Shown here: in pieces, positions 23,633 to 35,600 of the stretch
Numbering within the stretch: the stretch's first letter is position 1
How the letters are laid out: every line of letters begins with the position of its first letter
Assembly (NCBI GenBank): GCA_973895155.1
Contig: OZ316897.1
Span: 23,535,455 to 23,599,454 of the forward strand
DNA length: 64,000 nt
Direction: 5' to 3'
DNA from: Marsupella aquatica
Taxonomy: Eukaryota; Plantae; Marchantiophyta
The notes under the pieces: model-generated
Databases searched by the model: none
What the model was told of the DNA's origin: nothing
The model's input: only the letters and a program-made list of their open reading frames with translations
Translations under genes and position numbers: made by a program

Positions 23633-24163
23633 GTCTATTTCGCCTGATTTTGGGCCTTATAAATATATGGTGTTCCTTTGTATCAAATGCCTATGACTTT
23701 CGCCTTGTCCCGCCCGATCGATCGGCTGTTGTGATGGATCAAGTTAACCAAAAGAAAGAGAAACGATAGCGATCCTTTCGCTCAAGGCACGGGACTCATC
23801 TGCCCCTTGAATCGCATCCAAATTGTCCCCGATGGAGTTCGTTCGTATGTCCTTGTGTGCGGTCCTCAAAGTTTTCAGTTTTCGCCAATGTCTTTTATTT
23901 TGTTTTTCGCGTCTCGTCGCGTTGTCTCCTTCGTTCAAGGTTGAGAATCTTCGCTCGTGATTAGGCTCGACGCTCTATGGCCAGTTCTTTGTTCTTCGAT
24001 CATAAGCTTGTTTTCTCTATTCTCGGGAGGTAGTTAGGCGGTTATTCTCGCCATTAGAGCAAAAAACACACAACATTGTGTTGTTTTCTTTGTGTGGACC
24101 TCGATCTATTGAGTTGTCAGATTTTGGGGAGGGAGCACATGTAAAAAAAATGTAATTGAGCAA

Positions 24164-24178
24164 GTCGCGCTGATAACG
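24164..24178 (-). promoter_or_regulatory. Primer binding site, half-tRNA-Ile type
   Basis: Minus strand CGTTATCAGCGCGAC directly after the 5' LTR, with no TGG. Complementary to the anticodon arm of tRNA-Ile(IAU), as described for Bianca elements. Confidence 0.7.
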
Positions 24179-27100
24179 TGTTATGAATACACAAGATGAT
24201 AGTAGTCAATAATCCCCACTCACTTCCATTATGCCAAGGACTTATATAGTCCAGAAGGGTTAACATGGTTGGGTTAATGTTAACCTATCCTATACTAGGG
24301 TTAAGTCATATTATGGGTTATAACAATAATGACCATTACATCAATCATTCTAGCCAGTCATTTAGGTGAAATATTCAATGATTTGGAGAAATTCAAATTT
24401 AAGTGATCATGATAAATAATATTTCATGTCATTCAAAAATCATACATTACAAAGCCATTCAATAGATTTGCTGAATGAAAACTTAAAGAAACATTCCATA
24501 TATATCACAAATCCAATTGACATTCATACAAGATACCTTCATAAGTCTCACAGTAACTATTGAACTCAATACAAATTTATGAAACAAAATTACATTGGCA
24601 TCAATAATATTAGATTGTCAATTGTTACAACCTGACATACCAATCACTCTGCATGTTTTATAGAAAAATAGAGCTGATTCTATCATGTCTAGTGTTTCTT
24701 GACAGAGTGCTATTTCTATTGCTTCTTAAGCAATCTAGAGTTCCATAGGGCATTCATCCCTTTCACATCAGATAATTTAGATTGTTTCTCCCCTGCATTG
24801 GCAAATGGCAATGCCACATCTACAAACACTTCAATCACACGCACTCGCAAGAAAGGGCTTTCAAAATCTGCACAATGAAACTTATCTTCTCCTGGCAGCC
24901 CTGTCACCTCACCTTCTGCCACTATCATGGAATTGTCCACAATGCTCTTCATCTTCACCAAATCTCCTCTTGCAAACTGTGAACAACACATTTTGTTAAA
25001 AATGCAATAAACAGAAATTGAAAGATAGAAGATAGAAGAACACTCAAATCAAACACACATTTACCTTTGCAATGGGGTTAGGAGACTGCATTGGTTTCTT
25101 CTGTGCAGGTGATGCATTTGCTAAAGATCCTTTCTTCCTTTTCTTCTTTCCCTTTCTAGTTGATGGAGTGTCATCATGCTCACTTGGAACATGAGTTTCT
25201 TTTGGCAACTCAGATGATTCTGGGGTTACATCTGGTGTCAACTGAGTCAACTTATCCTCTGGTAACTGAAAGGCATCTGAAATGGCTTCTTTGGGCAACT
25301 TAGATGGCAAAAGGTTCACTTCCAATTCAGTTTGCTTCAGAGTACTGTTAGCTGTGTCAATTGGTCTTCCCTGCGACACAGGAGGCTCCCCTAAAGATGC
25401 TATCATAAAACACACACAAGAGAAATGCATAAACAAACATGTATACACCAGCAATATATAATCACACTAGAACATGCAAGAACATTATAAACATACAATG
25501 ACATATATACACCACAATAATTACATTGAATGGACAGTGAATAGATGATAGAAAATTTTACCTCCATTATCACCTGAAAAAGTAAGAGATCGTTTTCTAC
25601 TACCTTCTTTGGTAGCTGTAGTCAACTTACTGTGACTAGGAACAAATGTTGGAACTTGTGCATTACTGGAGTGATGTGCCATCCATATAGTCATCATGTT
25701 TGTCAACTCCTTCACAGTGCCTTTCAACTCATCGACATCCAATTTGACAGCCCCAATGGCAGTGATCTCTTCTTTTGAATGTGGGGTCTGTAAATGAACC
25801 ACAAACCAACACAACATTCTCACTGTCAAACTAACAAACGACACAACACTATCAAATGGAAAATGATGTACAAATCAGATTGGAATGGCAATACTCACAG
25901 CTGATCCATGTCTGTATCCTTGCCCCAGTAAGCTAGCGCTTTTACCCTCCCCACTTGCCAATGACGGGCTCACCTTTGCTCCCAAAAAACTACCAGTCTG
26001 ACCTTCTGCACTTGCCAATGATGGGCTCATTGTCACCTTTGGCAATGAGCCCTGACTACCAAGGTTTTCTTTCAGGTCAGATATACCTGGGCTTGATCCT
26101 CTCTTCTGCTTCTGTTCAAACACACAATGAATGAGAAACTCAGAGTCTGTTTTCATCAAGATTCACAAACAAGACAGAATTGATAGTGAAAATGATATAG
26201 ATAGTTTACCATTCTCTTTGCTGCTGCAGCATGCCCTCCTCTACCAAAGTGACTGGTATCTTGCACTCGTGCTCTTTTATCAGTCATCTGTTTACTCAAA
26301 GATATCAATGCTGGACTGGTGAAATGAGATACCAAAGCTGCCCATTTCTTTGGATCAACACCAGATGGCCCAGGTTTGGTTGGATCCTCATTGCAAACTT
26401 TCTTCCAATAAACATGCATTTTATGGCGCTCTCTCTTCAATATGCCACGACAATGACTCTGGAATTTGTTGTCAATAAATTCCCCACCCACATACTCCCA
26501 CTCAGCTGCCATGTTCTTCCACACACTGGTTATATGAACTCGTGGATGATCAGTCCATTTTGGCTTTGATACATCAAAGATTCTGAGTACATTGCCACGA
26601 AGTTCCTCCAGCCAGTACTGTTTGTTGGGATCAGAATCATCAATATCATTGTCATAAATCTGCATTTCACATGCAATGTCAATTCATAACTCTGGAATTT
26701 ATGCATAGTCCAGGTTTTATACACACAATAACAGAGAGGATCTATGTCTAAATCTACATTCAAAAAAAGTACAATACTCACTTTAATGTGTTTGGGCAAA
26801 TCTCCCTGATTCCTTCGTACTTTGGCAGCATTATCAAACATCTTCTTAGCATGCCTTTGTTCCCTGCGCATCTCAAAGGCCCCGCCTGCAATGCACACAC
26901 ATGCTTTCACTTAGAAAATATGTACATTGAAAAGTTGAGCAAATGCACTTGCATATGCATGACGAGCAGATTTGTATTACCTGAAGATCCTCTGGAATGT
27001 AGTACGTCAGATTGACCTGATCTGCCTTCAGATGCTGATGGAACCACTAAACAAACACACACCACCAAGCACTTCAGTGAATTTTAGGAAAATGTAGAAT

Positions 27101-27539
27101 ATCAACTTCCAAACACACTGAAAAGGTATATCAGTACAATCCACTCACTTTCATATAACAGTCCAGTGTCTGGGTCTTTCCAACATCTCACCAGCCCACC
27201 TCCACCAGGCCCAGTCTTCTTAGGACCACGATTTTGTTTCTGTACCTACATCATGGACAATGTAAGCATATCAGCATATAATTTGAAAAAGGGACAAGGA
27301 TCCCTTCCTATTAGGATGATGAAGTTCAAGCATTACCTGTTGTTCACTCTCTGGTTCTGACCCTCCAATGTCACAATCCTCAGTGTCATACCCAGAAGGA
27401 GAACCATAGCCATCATCACCAGACTCTGCCATGTTCACCTTGGTCACTTCTGATAGTCTAGAGCTCCTCCTCTTTGGCAATGTTTCAGTTGAAGTACCTT
27501 TCACCAAAGCAGGCTTTCCTCTCTCTCGTTGTACATGTG

Positions 27540-30500
27540 TGTGATGCCTAGACAGGAATCACTCGGCCGGTTAAGTGGGTAAAGCAGGAAGGCACCCTAG
27601 GAACACCTTAGTATAGTGACAAAACAAGGAAAATATAAACAATTAGGGGCAACCATGGAACCCGGGCAGAGGCCGGAGGTAAGGCTGAGGGTGAAAACCC
27701 GATTAGGGTTAGGGCGCGTTAAGCGTCGGCGGCTAGGAAGGATCAACGGGAAGAAGGACCGGCAGAGGAGAGGGGTAAGGAGCGCTTGCAGGAGATGGTG
27801 GCTCATTTGCGAGCACGAACTAGGCAGACGACTACGGGAGGCCAACTACTGTCAGCTGCTTAGGCAAGCACTCGGGGAGAGAGTAGATACCGACGATCAA
27901 CCTAAGGAGGGTATGAGCAACGTCAATCAAGCGGCACATTTCTGGGGATGCCTGTTCGAACGGGCAACTGAGTACATCAAGACTTACGAGGACGAGGAGT
28001 CAGAAAGGGCAGCTCGAGAACGGCAGGAGCTCGCTCGATTGTGGGAGCTGCAGAAGACGGCTTTCTTAGGAGGCGAACTCATCAAGGACGAGTTCCTGTG
28101 GACGCCTACTTCCAATCAACTCGACGATCTTCTGTTTTGCAAAGACAGCGTCGTCGGCATCCGAGAGGCCATCAAGAACTGCAACGACATACACTGGGAA
28201 TTAAAGGGTAGCACGGAAAGGTGGACCCGGGCAACGGTGCTAGGAGAGACCTCCACGGCAGCAGAGATGAAGAGGAAGGGAGCCGTCAACGATGAAGCCA
28301 CCCCGGCAAAAAGAACGAGGTCGGCGGCACCAAAGAAGCCAGCCGAGCAGCAGAGCAGGAGGCAGGGAGAAGCCGAAGAGGAGGAGGTCGATCCCATCAA
28401 GGCCATTCCAACCAGGGATGACACCTGGAAGGGCTGGGCGGCAACCCTACCGGTGGAGGTGCAACTACATTTTGCACGGGAGGAGGATGCATGCTTTACG
28501 GCCATGCAGACCAAGAAGTACCAAGGCTTCATGGCCGGATCCGGCTTGGAGGCCTTTGTAAGATTACCATGGCTGAAGCCGGAGGTACCGGAGTCAGACC
28601 TATTAGAATTCGTGGGGTCATGGGAACCCGAGACCAATTGCACGAGGATATATGGGAAGGATTTCTATCTTACTCCCAAGGTGATTGCCGAAGTGTTTGG
28701 CTTGCCGATGGGCAATAAGACCAAAGTTGATACCAGGAAGACCTTGCCTGACAAGGAGTTCCGGTCGTTCCCCGGGCCATCAACGAAGAATGGCTTCTTC
28801 CGGAACACCTGCACCAACCCGCACATAGGAGAGATGATCGACTTCTTGCGGGTGACCATGCATTGTAACCTGCCGAGGGCAGAGATCGGCAAGGCACAGG
28901 TCTATCTGGCAGAAAGGCCAGACCCAAGCCGGGACTACAACGGGTACCTCCTCAACCAATTGAAGAAGATCTTAAAGGAGGAGCAGCAGGTAATCGGCAT
29001 GGGGAGCGTGTCGCGGCTTGGCTATCACATGCCGCTGTTGTGCCGGTATGCCAGAGGTCAGACTTTTGCCCCGGTACTTCCCCTGCAGGTAAGGGCACCC
29101 GAGGAAGCTCCAACGCCGAGGCCGTTGGCTGAGAAGCCTCAACCACCTGTTAGTCCTACGATCGAGCAGGTGTTTAGGCCCAGGAAGGAAGACTTGCCGA
29201 TGCAGCAACCAGGCATGCAGAGTCTGCTGAAACTACTGGAGAAAGAAAAGAAATCGGCATCGACAACAACAACAACAACGGCAACGGCAACAATGCAGGA
29301 CACTACTACAGAGGTAGGCCTACACCGGCTCACAAGAGAAAACCCCTTTGCTGGAGACAAGGAGAGAATCAGGCCGGAATCCAAGCCAGGTGTTCGAATG
29401 TACGTGGGAACCTCAAGCTCCGAATCTGAGGCAGAATTGCCTGAAGCTCCTACCGAGGAAGAGGAGAGGGAGAAGCCGGAAATCCAAGAGGTAGAGGAGG
29501 CAGTGGAGGACTGCAGCCATGATAATTCCGGCTATGGGTCGGACCATTACGTTCCAGGAGTAAGGACCTGTGGCCGGTTTGTCCCCACACTTCCAAGGGT
29601 AGTGCGAGGGGACCCCAACCAGCAGAGTAGCCCTGAGTCTCCCCCACCAGATGTTGCTCCCCCGAGCTTCGACGGCATAAAACAGACAGTGCAGGAATTT
29701 CAGGAGCGAATCAAGCAAGAGGAAGAGGCCGCCCTGGCTAAGGAAAAGGATTTACCAGGAGGAGATTGGCCGGAGGACATCAGGCGGCTAGCCGAAAAAG
29801 GAAGCAAACCTCTAGCCACGATTGAAGAGATCCGCAGGACGGCTTGGGAGCAGAGGCCACGATGGGCGATGCCGATCACTTCTACTTACTCCACCTACGC
29901 TAAGAATAGAGCCATGGAGTATGGTGAGATGTGTGGGGAACTTGCGCTCGGCATCTTTGGAGAGGAGTTGGAGGTAGGACCCTTTTTCCATAGGGAGCAG
30001 TTGGAGAAGCACCAATTAGAAGAAGCGGTGGCTTTAGAGAGAAGCAAGAAGGACGAGGTCATTCGGCGGCTTAGGAGGATGGAAGCCGAGATTGAAGATC
30101 TAAGGGCGGCCAAGAAAGCCCAAGATGAACTGCGGATTAAACGACATGAGCTGAACATCATGCAGGGGCAGTTGGACGCCGCGCAGGCTGATAATCAGAA
30201 TATCAAGGATAAACTGACTCAGACGCAGGAAGAGTTGGCCGACACGATCAAAGAAAGGGAAAAGTGGAAGCAAGAGCTGAAGAATACAGAGGAGGCCCAC
30301 ATAACAGCCAACAGCCGGGCCATGGCAGAGACCCAAAGAAAGGAATGGGCGTTGAAAGGGGAGCTCGAGAAAATCCGCGGAGCCCTTGAGCAGAAGGAGG
30401 TCGAGTTAGGGAAATCCTATCAAGGGATTATGGCGCTGCAGCAGGAGCTTGCGTCCTTGACGGCCAGCTTTAAGGCCGACCTAAGGGAGAAGGACGAGAT

Positions 30501-32229
30501 GCTCGAACAGACTTACGCCAAGATGAACCAGATGGAGTCTGTCATCATTGCAGAGCTCGACAAGGAGCTAAGAGCAACCCAGGAGGAGAAGGCTACCTTG
30601 AAGAAGGAATTGGAGGAAGCCCACAGGGAGCAGGAGGAGGCCAAAAACGAGCTGGAGGGGGCACGTAAGGACCTGGATGAAACCCAAGAGGAGTTGGAGG
30701 AAATCACGAGGAAGATGGAGAACCTACAGCGGCGGGCCGACAACCAAACAGAGCGGCTGAAGAAACAAGCCGCAGTATTTAAATGCTTAGCTGCAACAGG
30801 TCCATCTCCCGTTGGGACAAACCAGTTACCAGGGGTGGTAATTGCCGAAGGACAAGCCGCGCCACCTGCACCAGTGCCGGAAGTAAGTGGGAAGGGGAAG
30901 GGACCAGCTGCCGAGCCACCAACGAAGAAGAAGCGGAAACCTTCAGGGTCAAGGAGTAATACGACTTCACAGGCCGTGGTGATCAAGGAGGTAGACCCAG
31001 CACCGACCCCAGACAGGGTCACGGCTAAGGATCCAACTACCCTAGGGGAAGGGGAAGCCGAAGCCGAGGGAGTGGCTGAAGCCGAAGCCGTGGGGTTGGC
31101 TGAAGCCGAAGCCGTGGGGGTGGCTGAGGCCGAAGCCGTGGGTATTGCCGAGGCCGGTGTCGAGGCTGAAGCCGAAGGTGGACCCAGTCAGGCCGATGGA
31201 GAGTTGACTCGGTCAAGGGCAGGTAATCTGTCAGTAGGCGGGCCAACGGCAGTGGCTGAGGAGGAAGTGTTGGGGGCGTCCATTGAGGATCCACCACCGG
31301 TGTCGTGACGGTGCAAGGGCGCCGTTCCTTTTAGGGAGGGCGGACGTGGAGGGAGGAGGCGTGAGTGGGCAGGGCGGGCACGGATCTCCACGTTTAGGAT
31401 TAGGATCAGAACCAGGAGCGGCCCTGACACTTAGCTTAGTGGGATTGCGGTCCCACTGGTAGGAGCAACACTTGTGCTCCTGCCTTGCTGTACATAGGTA
31501 GATTCGGGTAAGTAGATTACTGTTAAGTAGATTAGGCTTACGATGCAAAGAATGGCGGATCCACTACCAGGATAAGTACCTGGGCAGCGGGGAGCTCAGG
31601 GCCTCTTCTTTAGCAAGTTTTTAGTTTGCACCAGCCGGGCTGGGATCAAGTAGTACGAGAAGCTCTCGGTTAGTCATACAGTGACCCTTGTGTATATTCA
31701 TGTTTCCTCATGCCTAAGAGCTGAATAGAGTTGGCCTCACGGCTTAGTTCGCAGAACTTGTGTATGAGATGTACTGTTTGTATGGCAAGTGCATGGTATG
31801 ACTCAGTCAGAATGAGTCATTTTGCTATTTGTGTGTCGCATTAACTTGTGTGAAGAGTGCCCACATCAACAGAAGGAAGGAAAGTAAGCAGGGGAGTGAG
31901 AGTTGGATGTGTCGAGCTGAGAGAGGTCTTAGCGGCTTAACCAAGCCTATTGGGGATCATTCCGGCGGCGGAATCCAAACATACCTAACAAGACGGAGGG
32001 GAAGACAGGGGAAGACAGGGGAAGGCCTATATTAGGCCGGCTACGTATCTCATGACCCGATGAAGGATCTGTCCAGTATATGTGTGTAAAATGTTAATAG
32101 TAGTAGTAGAAGGTTAGCAGCGTCCCATGCCGCTAAGCCGCGGAAACGGCCTCGCCAAGCACGAAACCTGCGGGAATCGGCTTGAGCTGGGGGGTTTCTT
32201 GGGTTTAGGGAGCCATGGGACGCACCACA
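27540..32229 (+). mobile_element. Family-A element, complete copy A4: 4690-bp solo-LTR-like unit with a long internal ORF
   Basis: Starts TGTGATGCC, ends CGCACCACA. 5-bp TSD ATGTG at 27535-27539 and 32230-32234. No terminal direct repeats inside and no gag/pol motifs. Confidence 0.92.
27616..31308 (+). CDS. LTR-encoded protein: plant-retroelement accessory domain (Transposase_32/PMD-like), low-complexity linker and long coiled coil
   Basis: Uninterrupted 1230-aa ORF. Motif LLEFVGSW...IYGKDFYLTPKVIAEVFGLP, NLS-like KRKG/KKKRK, heptad-rich region at about aa 790-1050, 8-aa AEAEAVG(V/L/I) repeats. The true start may lie downstream. Confidence 0.8.
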   Translation: MTKQGKYKQLGATMEPGQRPEVRLRVKTRLGLGRVKRRRLGRINGKKDRQRRGVRSACRRWWLICEHELGRRLREANYCQLLRQALGERVDTDDQPKEGMSNVNQAAHFWGCLFERATEYIKTYEDEESERAARERQELARLWELQKTAFLGGELIKDEFLWTPTSNQLDDLLFCKDSVVGIREAIKNCNDIHWELKGSTERWTRATVLGETSTAAEMKRKGAVNDEATPAKRTRSAAPKKPAEQQSRRQGEAEEEEVDPIKAIPTRDDTWKGWAATLPVEVQLHFAREEDACFTAMQTKKYQGFMAGSGLEAFVRLPWLKPEVPESDLLEFVGSWEPETNCTRIYGKDFYLTPKVIAEVFGLPMGNKTKVDTRKTLPDKEFRSFPGPSTKNGFFRNTCTNPHIGEMIDFLRVTMHCNLPRAEIGKAQVYLAERPDPSRDYNGYLLNQLKKILKEEQQVIGMGSVSRLGYHMPLLCRYARGQTFAPVLPLQVRAPEEAPTPRPLAEKPQPPVSPTIEQVFRPRKEDLPMQQPGMQSLLKLLEKEKKSASTTTTTTATATMQDTTTEVGLHRLTRENPFAGDKERIRPESKPGVRMYVGTSSSESEAELPEAPTEEEEREKPEIQEVEEAVEDCSHDNSGYGSDHYVPGVRTCGRFVPTLPRVVRGDPNQQSSPESPPPDVAPPSFDGIKQTVQEFQERIKQEEEAALAKEKDLPGGDWPEDIRRLAEKGSKPLATIEEIRRTAWEQRPRWAMPITSTYSTYAKNRAMEYGEMCGELALGIFGEELEVGPFFHREQLEKHQLEEAVALERSKKDEVIRRLRRMEAEIEDLRAAKKAQDELRIKRHELNIMQGQLDAAQADNQNIKDKLTQTQEELADTIKEREKWKQELKNTEEAHITANSRAMAETQRKEWALKGELEKIRGALEQKEVELGKSYQGIMALQQELASLTASFKADLREKDEMLEQTYAKMNQMESVIIAELDKELRATQEEKATLKKELEEAHREQEEAKNELEGARKDLDETQEELEEITRKMENLQRRADNQTERLKKQAAVFKCLAATGPSPVGTNQLPGVVIAEGQAAPPAPVPEVSGKGKGPAAEPPTKKKRKPSGSRSNTTSQAVVIKEVDPAPTPDRVTAKDPTTLGEGEAEAEGVAEAEAVGLAEAEAVGVAEAEAVGIAEAGVEAEAEGGPSQADGELTRSRAGNLSVGGPTAVAEEEVLGASIEDPPPVS

Positions 32230-32674
32230 ATGTGTGGTTGGGCCTCTAAGGAACAATTAAAGCAATCATCAACATACACCAATGCAGATCAAACATACAT
32301 GCAAAATGAATCTACAACACCGTAACACTAGTACTTATGTACAGGATCCATACTAGTATGAGACCAATCTGGAATATAAAAACATAAAAGGAACCTGACA
32401 ACTCCATCTACTGAATCAAATTTGCAACAGACATATTAACACACACATCAGCTTGCAGTCTGGCCCCAGTCCTAGATCACGCATAATTCTGACATTATGC
32501 TCTATGTTCCGATTTCGGGCCTCCTCATAAGGATTCACAGAATGTGACAACCCCTGCAATCTTCCTTTCACAGGCTGCATTCACCAACTGCACAAATGGG
32601 TAAACCATTAGTCTGATTTCATATATAGTCCATACATGTAGTCCATCTATGGACTTCACACACCTAAAACCTAT

Positions 32675-35600
32675 TCACTGCTTATGCCTGCCCTTTCTTG
32701 CAGATCCCTTTGCATCTCTGCCTCGTTTGGGACCAGTCAATGGTCCTGGATTTGCTCTAGACCTACAGGCCTTAGCCAATTCGATGTGTAATTTGGCATT
32801 GTTTTCCATTGTAGCATGGAAATCAAAGTCTGTGTAATCACCTAACACCCTTGTGGACCTGGATTCTTTGTGGAGGATTGTTCTCCATGCTATCCCCTTC
32901 TCATTGGGGTGGAAGAAAACCTGCTCCACTTGCTTTGGGAAAACGTAATCCATTTTCTTGGACACACCCAGTTCTCTATGGAAATTCACCTGCCAAAGAC
33001 CAGACTCAGAATACCTCATACTGGCAGAGGATTTAGGAGTCCATGATGGATCTGCCCATTTCCCTTTGAAAAGAATCACCTCTTTCCTCAAGCTGCCATA
33101 ATTCGGTACCAAGATATCTGTCAAGCCCCTACATACTGTACAGATTCTTCTATGGTTGCACCAGACCTGTCCACTCGCTTCTCAGTGAATGTAGAAGCCA
33201 TCCCAGAATCAAAAGTGCTGAAAGCACCAGAATCACAATCACTCAAACACCCCAAGGATGGAATAGTCCTCCAATGGTGCCCATAGGCTCTGCATGCCCT
33301 ATACAGTCGTGCCTTCAAACTAGGTGGTGTGGAGTATACAGATAGTAATGACCGCTCAGACTCTTTCTCAAAATTATGGGTATTGACTAATGTTTGAAAC
33401 CATTCCCTGAAAGGTGGCAATTCTTGGCAGTCAGCGGGAAATTCCACTGGTTTTCTTCGATTGGCAGGCTTCCTCATCCATTCCTTCTGGAAATCCACTC
33501 TTCGTTTGGTAACAGTCTCATTGGTAGCATCATATATCCTACATGGCAACAACAACACTGAAGACATTAGTGCGTGATCCACCATGAATATACAAACACA
33601 ATGGGGCAACATAATTTAGGGTTTATGTACCTGTACCATGGAGCCACTGTCTCTTCATTCTCCAATATATAATGATGCATGGCCATCATTTCAGACCAAT
33701 CCAAAGTTATCGCCTTTGCAGCCCCTTCCAAAACAATGCCTGCAACGCCAGCATCCTCCTCCAACTCCTAGGTTCGTTTTCCCTCTCCCTTTGCATCAAT
33801 CATGTATTCAGAAAGGAATCCCAAAGACTCATCTAATACATAGCCTTCAGCCATAGAAGCCTCTGGACGTGCCTTGTTTCGTACATAACCCTTTAATACC
33901 TTCAGGTTCCTCTCTATTGGGTACATCCATCTGCCTGTAACTGGGCCACACAAGTCTAATTCCTCCACTAGGTGAATCATTAAATGGGTCATGACATCAA
34001 AGAAGCTTGGTGGAAAATGGATTTCCAAAATGCAGAGAGTGAATGCAACATCCATCATCAAATTCTCATACATTGAAGGGTCCCACACCTTTGTACAGAT
34101 CTGGCGATAGATATTGCTCACCCCAGCTATGGCCAAGCGAACCCCTTCATCAAGTAATCCCATTGTTGCCAGAGGGAGAATCTGTTGCATGAGTTGGTGG
34201 AAATCATGTGATTTCAACCCAGAGAGTTTCTTGGATTTTGTAACACACTTCGCCAAAGAACTTGAAAAACCAGTGGGCCCTTTCAAGGTCAATAACACCT
34301 CCAAGAACCTTGTTCTTTCCTTCTTGCTCAGGCAATATGGGGCTGGGGGCATCAACAATTTGTCATCGTTACGCTTGGGAGCTGGATTGGGTACAAGCCA
34401 TAGGTGTTGGCGCACCTGTAAGAGCTTCATGTCTTCTCTCACAGAAGGAGTGTCCTTGGTCCCAATGATAGTGTGCACAATGTTGTGTGCAAGATTCTTC
34501 TCACAGTGCATGGGATCTAGACAATGGTTAATGAGTAGTTTCTGCAGTGGACACACAATTCAGAAATTAGGGCATTGAATACAACTTTTGGCATCACTGG
34601 ACAGTAGTTTGTGCAGTAGACACAATTCAGAAATTAGTGCATTGAATACAACTATTACAAAATCTGGGCTACAGGAAGTATATGAAGAGAATATATTTCA
34701 AAGTCATATGAAGAGATTGCAGAAATTCATTGTAGTAGTATGGAGTCTTACATTCCAATAGGGCAACTTGTACAGACCAGTAGCCCTCTTCACTCCATGC
34801 ACCTTTATGGGGCATTTCTCATCCTCAACCTTGGTTCCTCCCTTCTTCAAATATTCTGTTGTCTCGTCTCCCCACTTCTTTCTATCAGAGCTTGTCATTC
34901 TACATGGTGCAGGTCGACTCTCAATTGCACCATCAAAGTATTGTGCACTGTCTGGTCTACGAAAAAGATGCCTTGCTGCTAACCATCGACGGTGGCCACT
35001 GTACTCTAATTTCTGCAAGTGCTTAGAACCACGTGCCACACATTTTGGCCCACAGATGACACATCCTTTGTATCCAGAGTGTTGTTGTCCAGATATTAAA
35101 CCATATGCAGGGTAATCATTGATTGTCCACAATAGCATAGCCCTAAGGTTGAAGTGTTGAGACAATCCTAGGCGTGGCAATTTGTCAAAGTAGGGCACTC
35201 CTTTCTTCCACAACAGCTCCAGCTCCTCATAGAATGGGCCCAATATTATGTCCAACTGTTCCTCTGTTACTGAATCAGGTCCTGGAATCAGCATAGCTAG
35301 CATGACAAAGAACTTCTTGGTGGTAAGCCAAGGAGGTAAGTTGTAATTCAACAACAGTATTGGCCAGGTAGACCAAGCTGTGGAATTATTCCCAAAGGGA
35401 TTCACCCCATCAAGTGCCAACCCAAATCGCACATTCCTTGGTTCAGCTGCAAATTTCCAATCAATATTTGTATCCACATGCTTCCAAGCCTTTGAATCTG
35501 TTGCGTGCCGAACCATGTTGTCTGTGCTTCTATTCTCATGATGCCAAGTCATGAGTTTAGATGTACCAGCAGTGGCATACAATCTCTTCAACCTAGGAAT

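Larger units (their letters stand above)
18534..24325 (-). mobile_element. Intact, recent Ty1/Copia LTR retrotransposon (Bianca-like lineage)
   Basis: Two 147-bp LTRs (18534-18680, 24179-24325), identical by eye, with TG...CA ends. TSD ATAAT at 18529-18533 and 24326-24330. PPT AAGGGGAAG next to the 3' LTR. Single gag-pol ORF. Confidence 0.96.
24716..32256 (-). pseudogene. Multi-exon TnpA-like (Ptta/En/Spm) gene of the CACTA, disrupted by insertion A4
   Basis: Exon 26156-26665 (PSGVDPKKWAALVSHF...HFGRGG) is Transposase_24-like; terminal exon 24716-24991. Removing A4 restores the frame GPTTH-VQRERGKPALVKG. Exon boundaries are not fully resolved. Confidence 0.7.

Noticed and set aside
31900-32100. 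Hammerhead or HDV-like ribozyme in the LTR-like tails (retrozyme hypothesis)
   Set aside because: No CTGANGA...GAAA core with flanking stems and no HDV nested pseudoknot could be built by eye. The conserved motif is reported as an unclassified structure instead.
27540-32229. Interpretation of A4 as a host myosin/SMC-like coiled-coil gene or a classical DNA transposon
   Set aside because: It is bounded by a TSD inside a transposon exon and is multi-copy, with no DDE transposase motif and no long TIRs.
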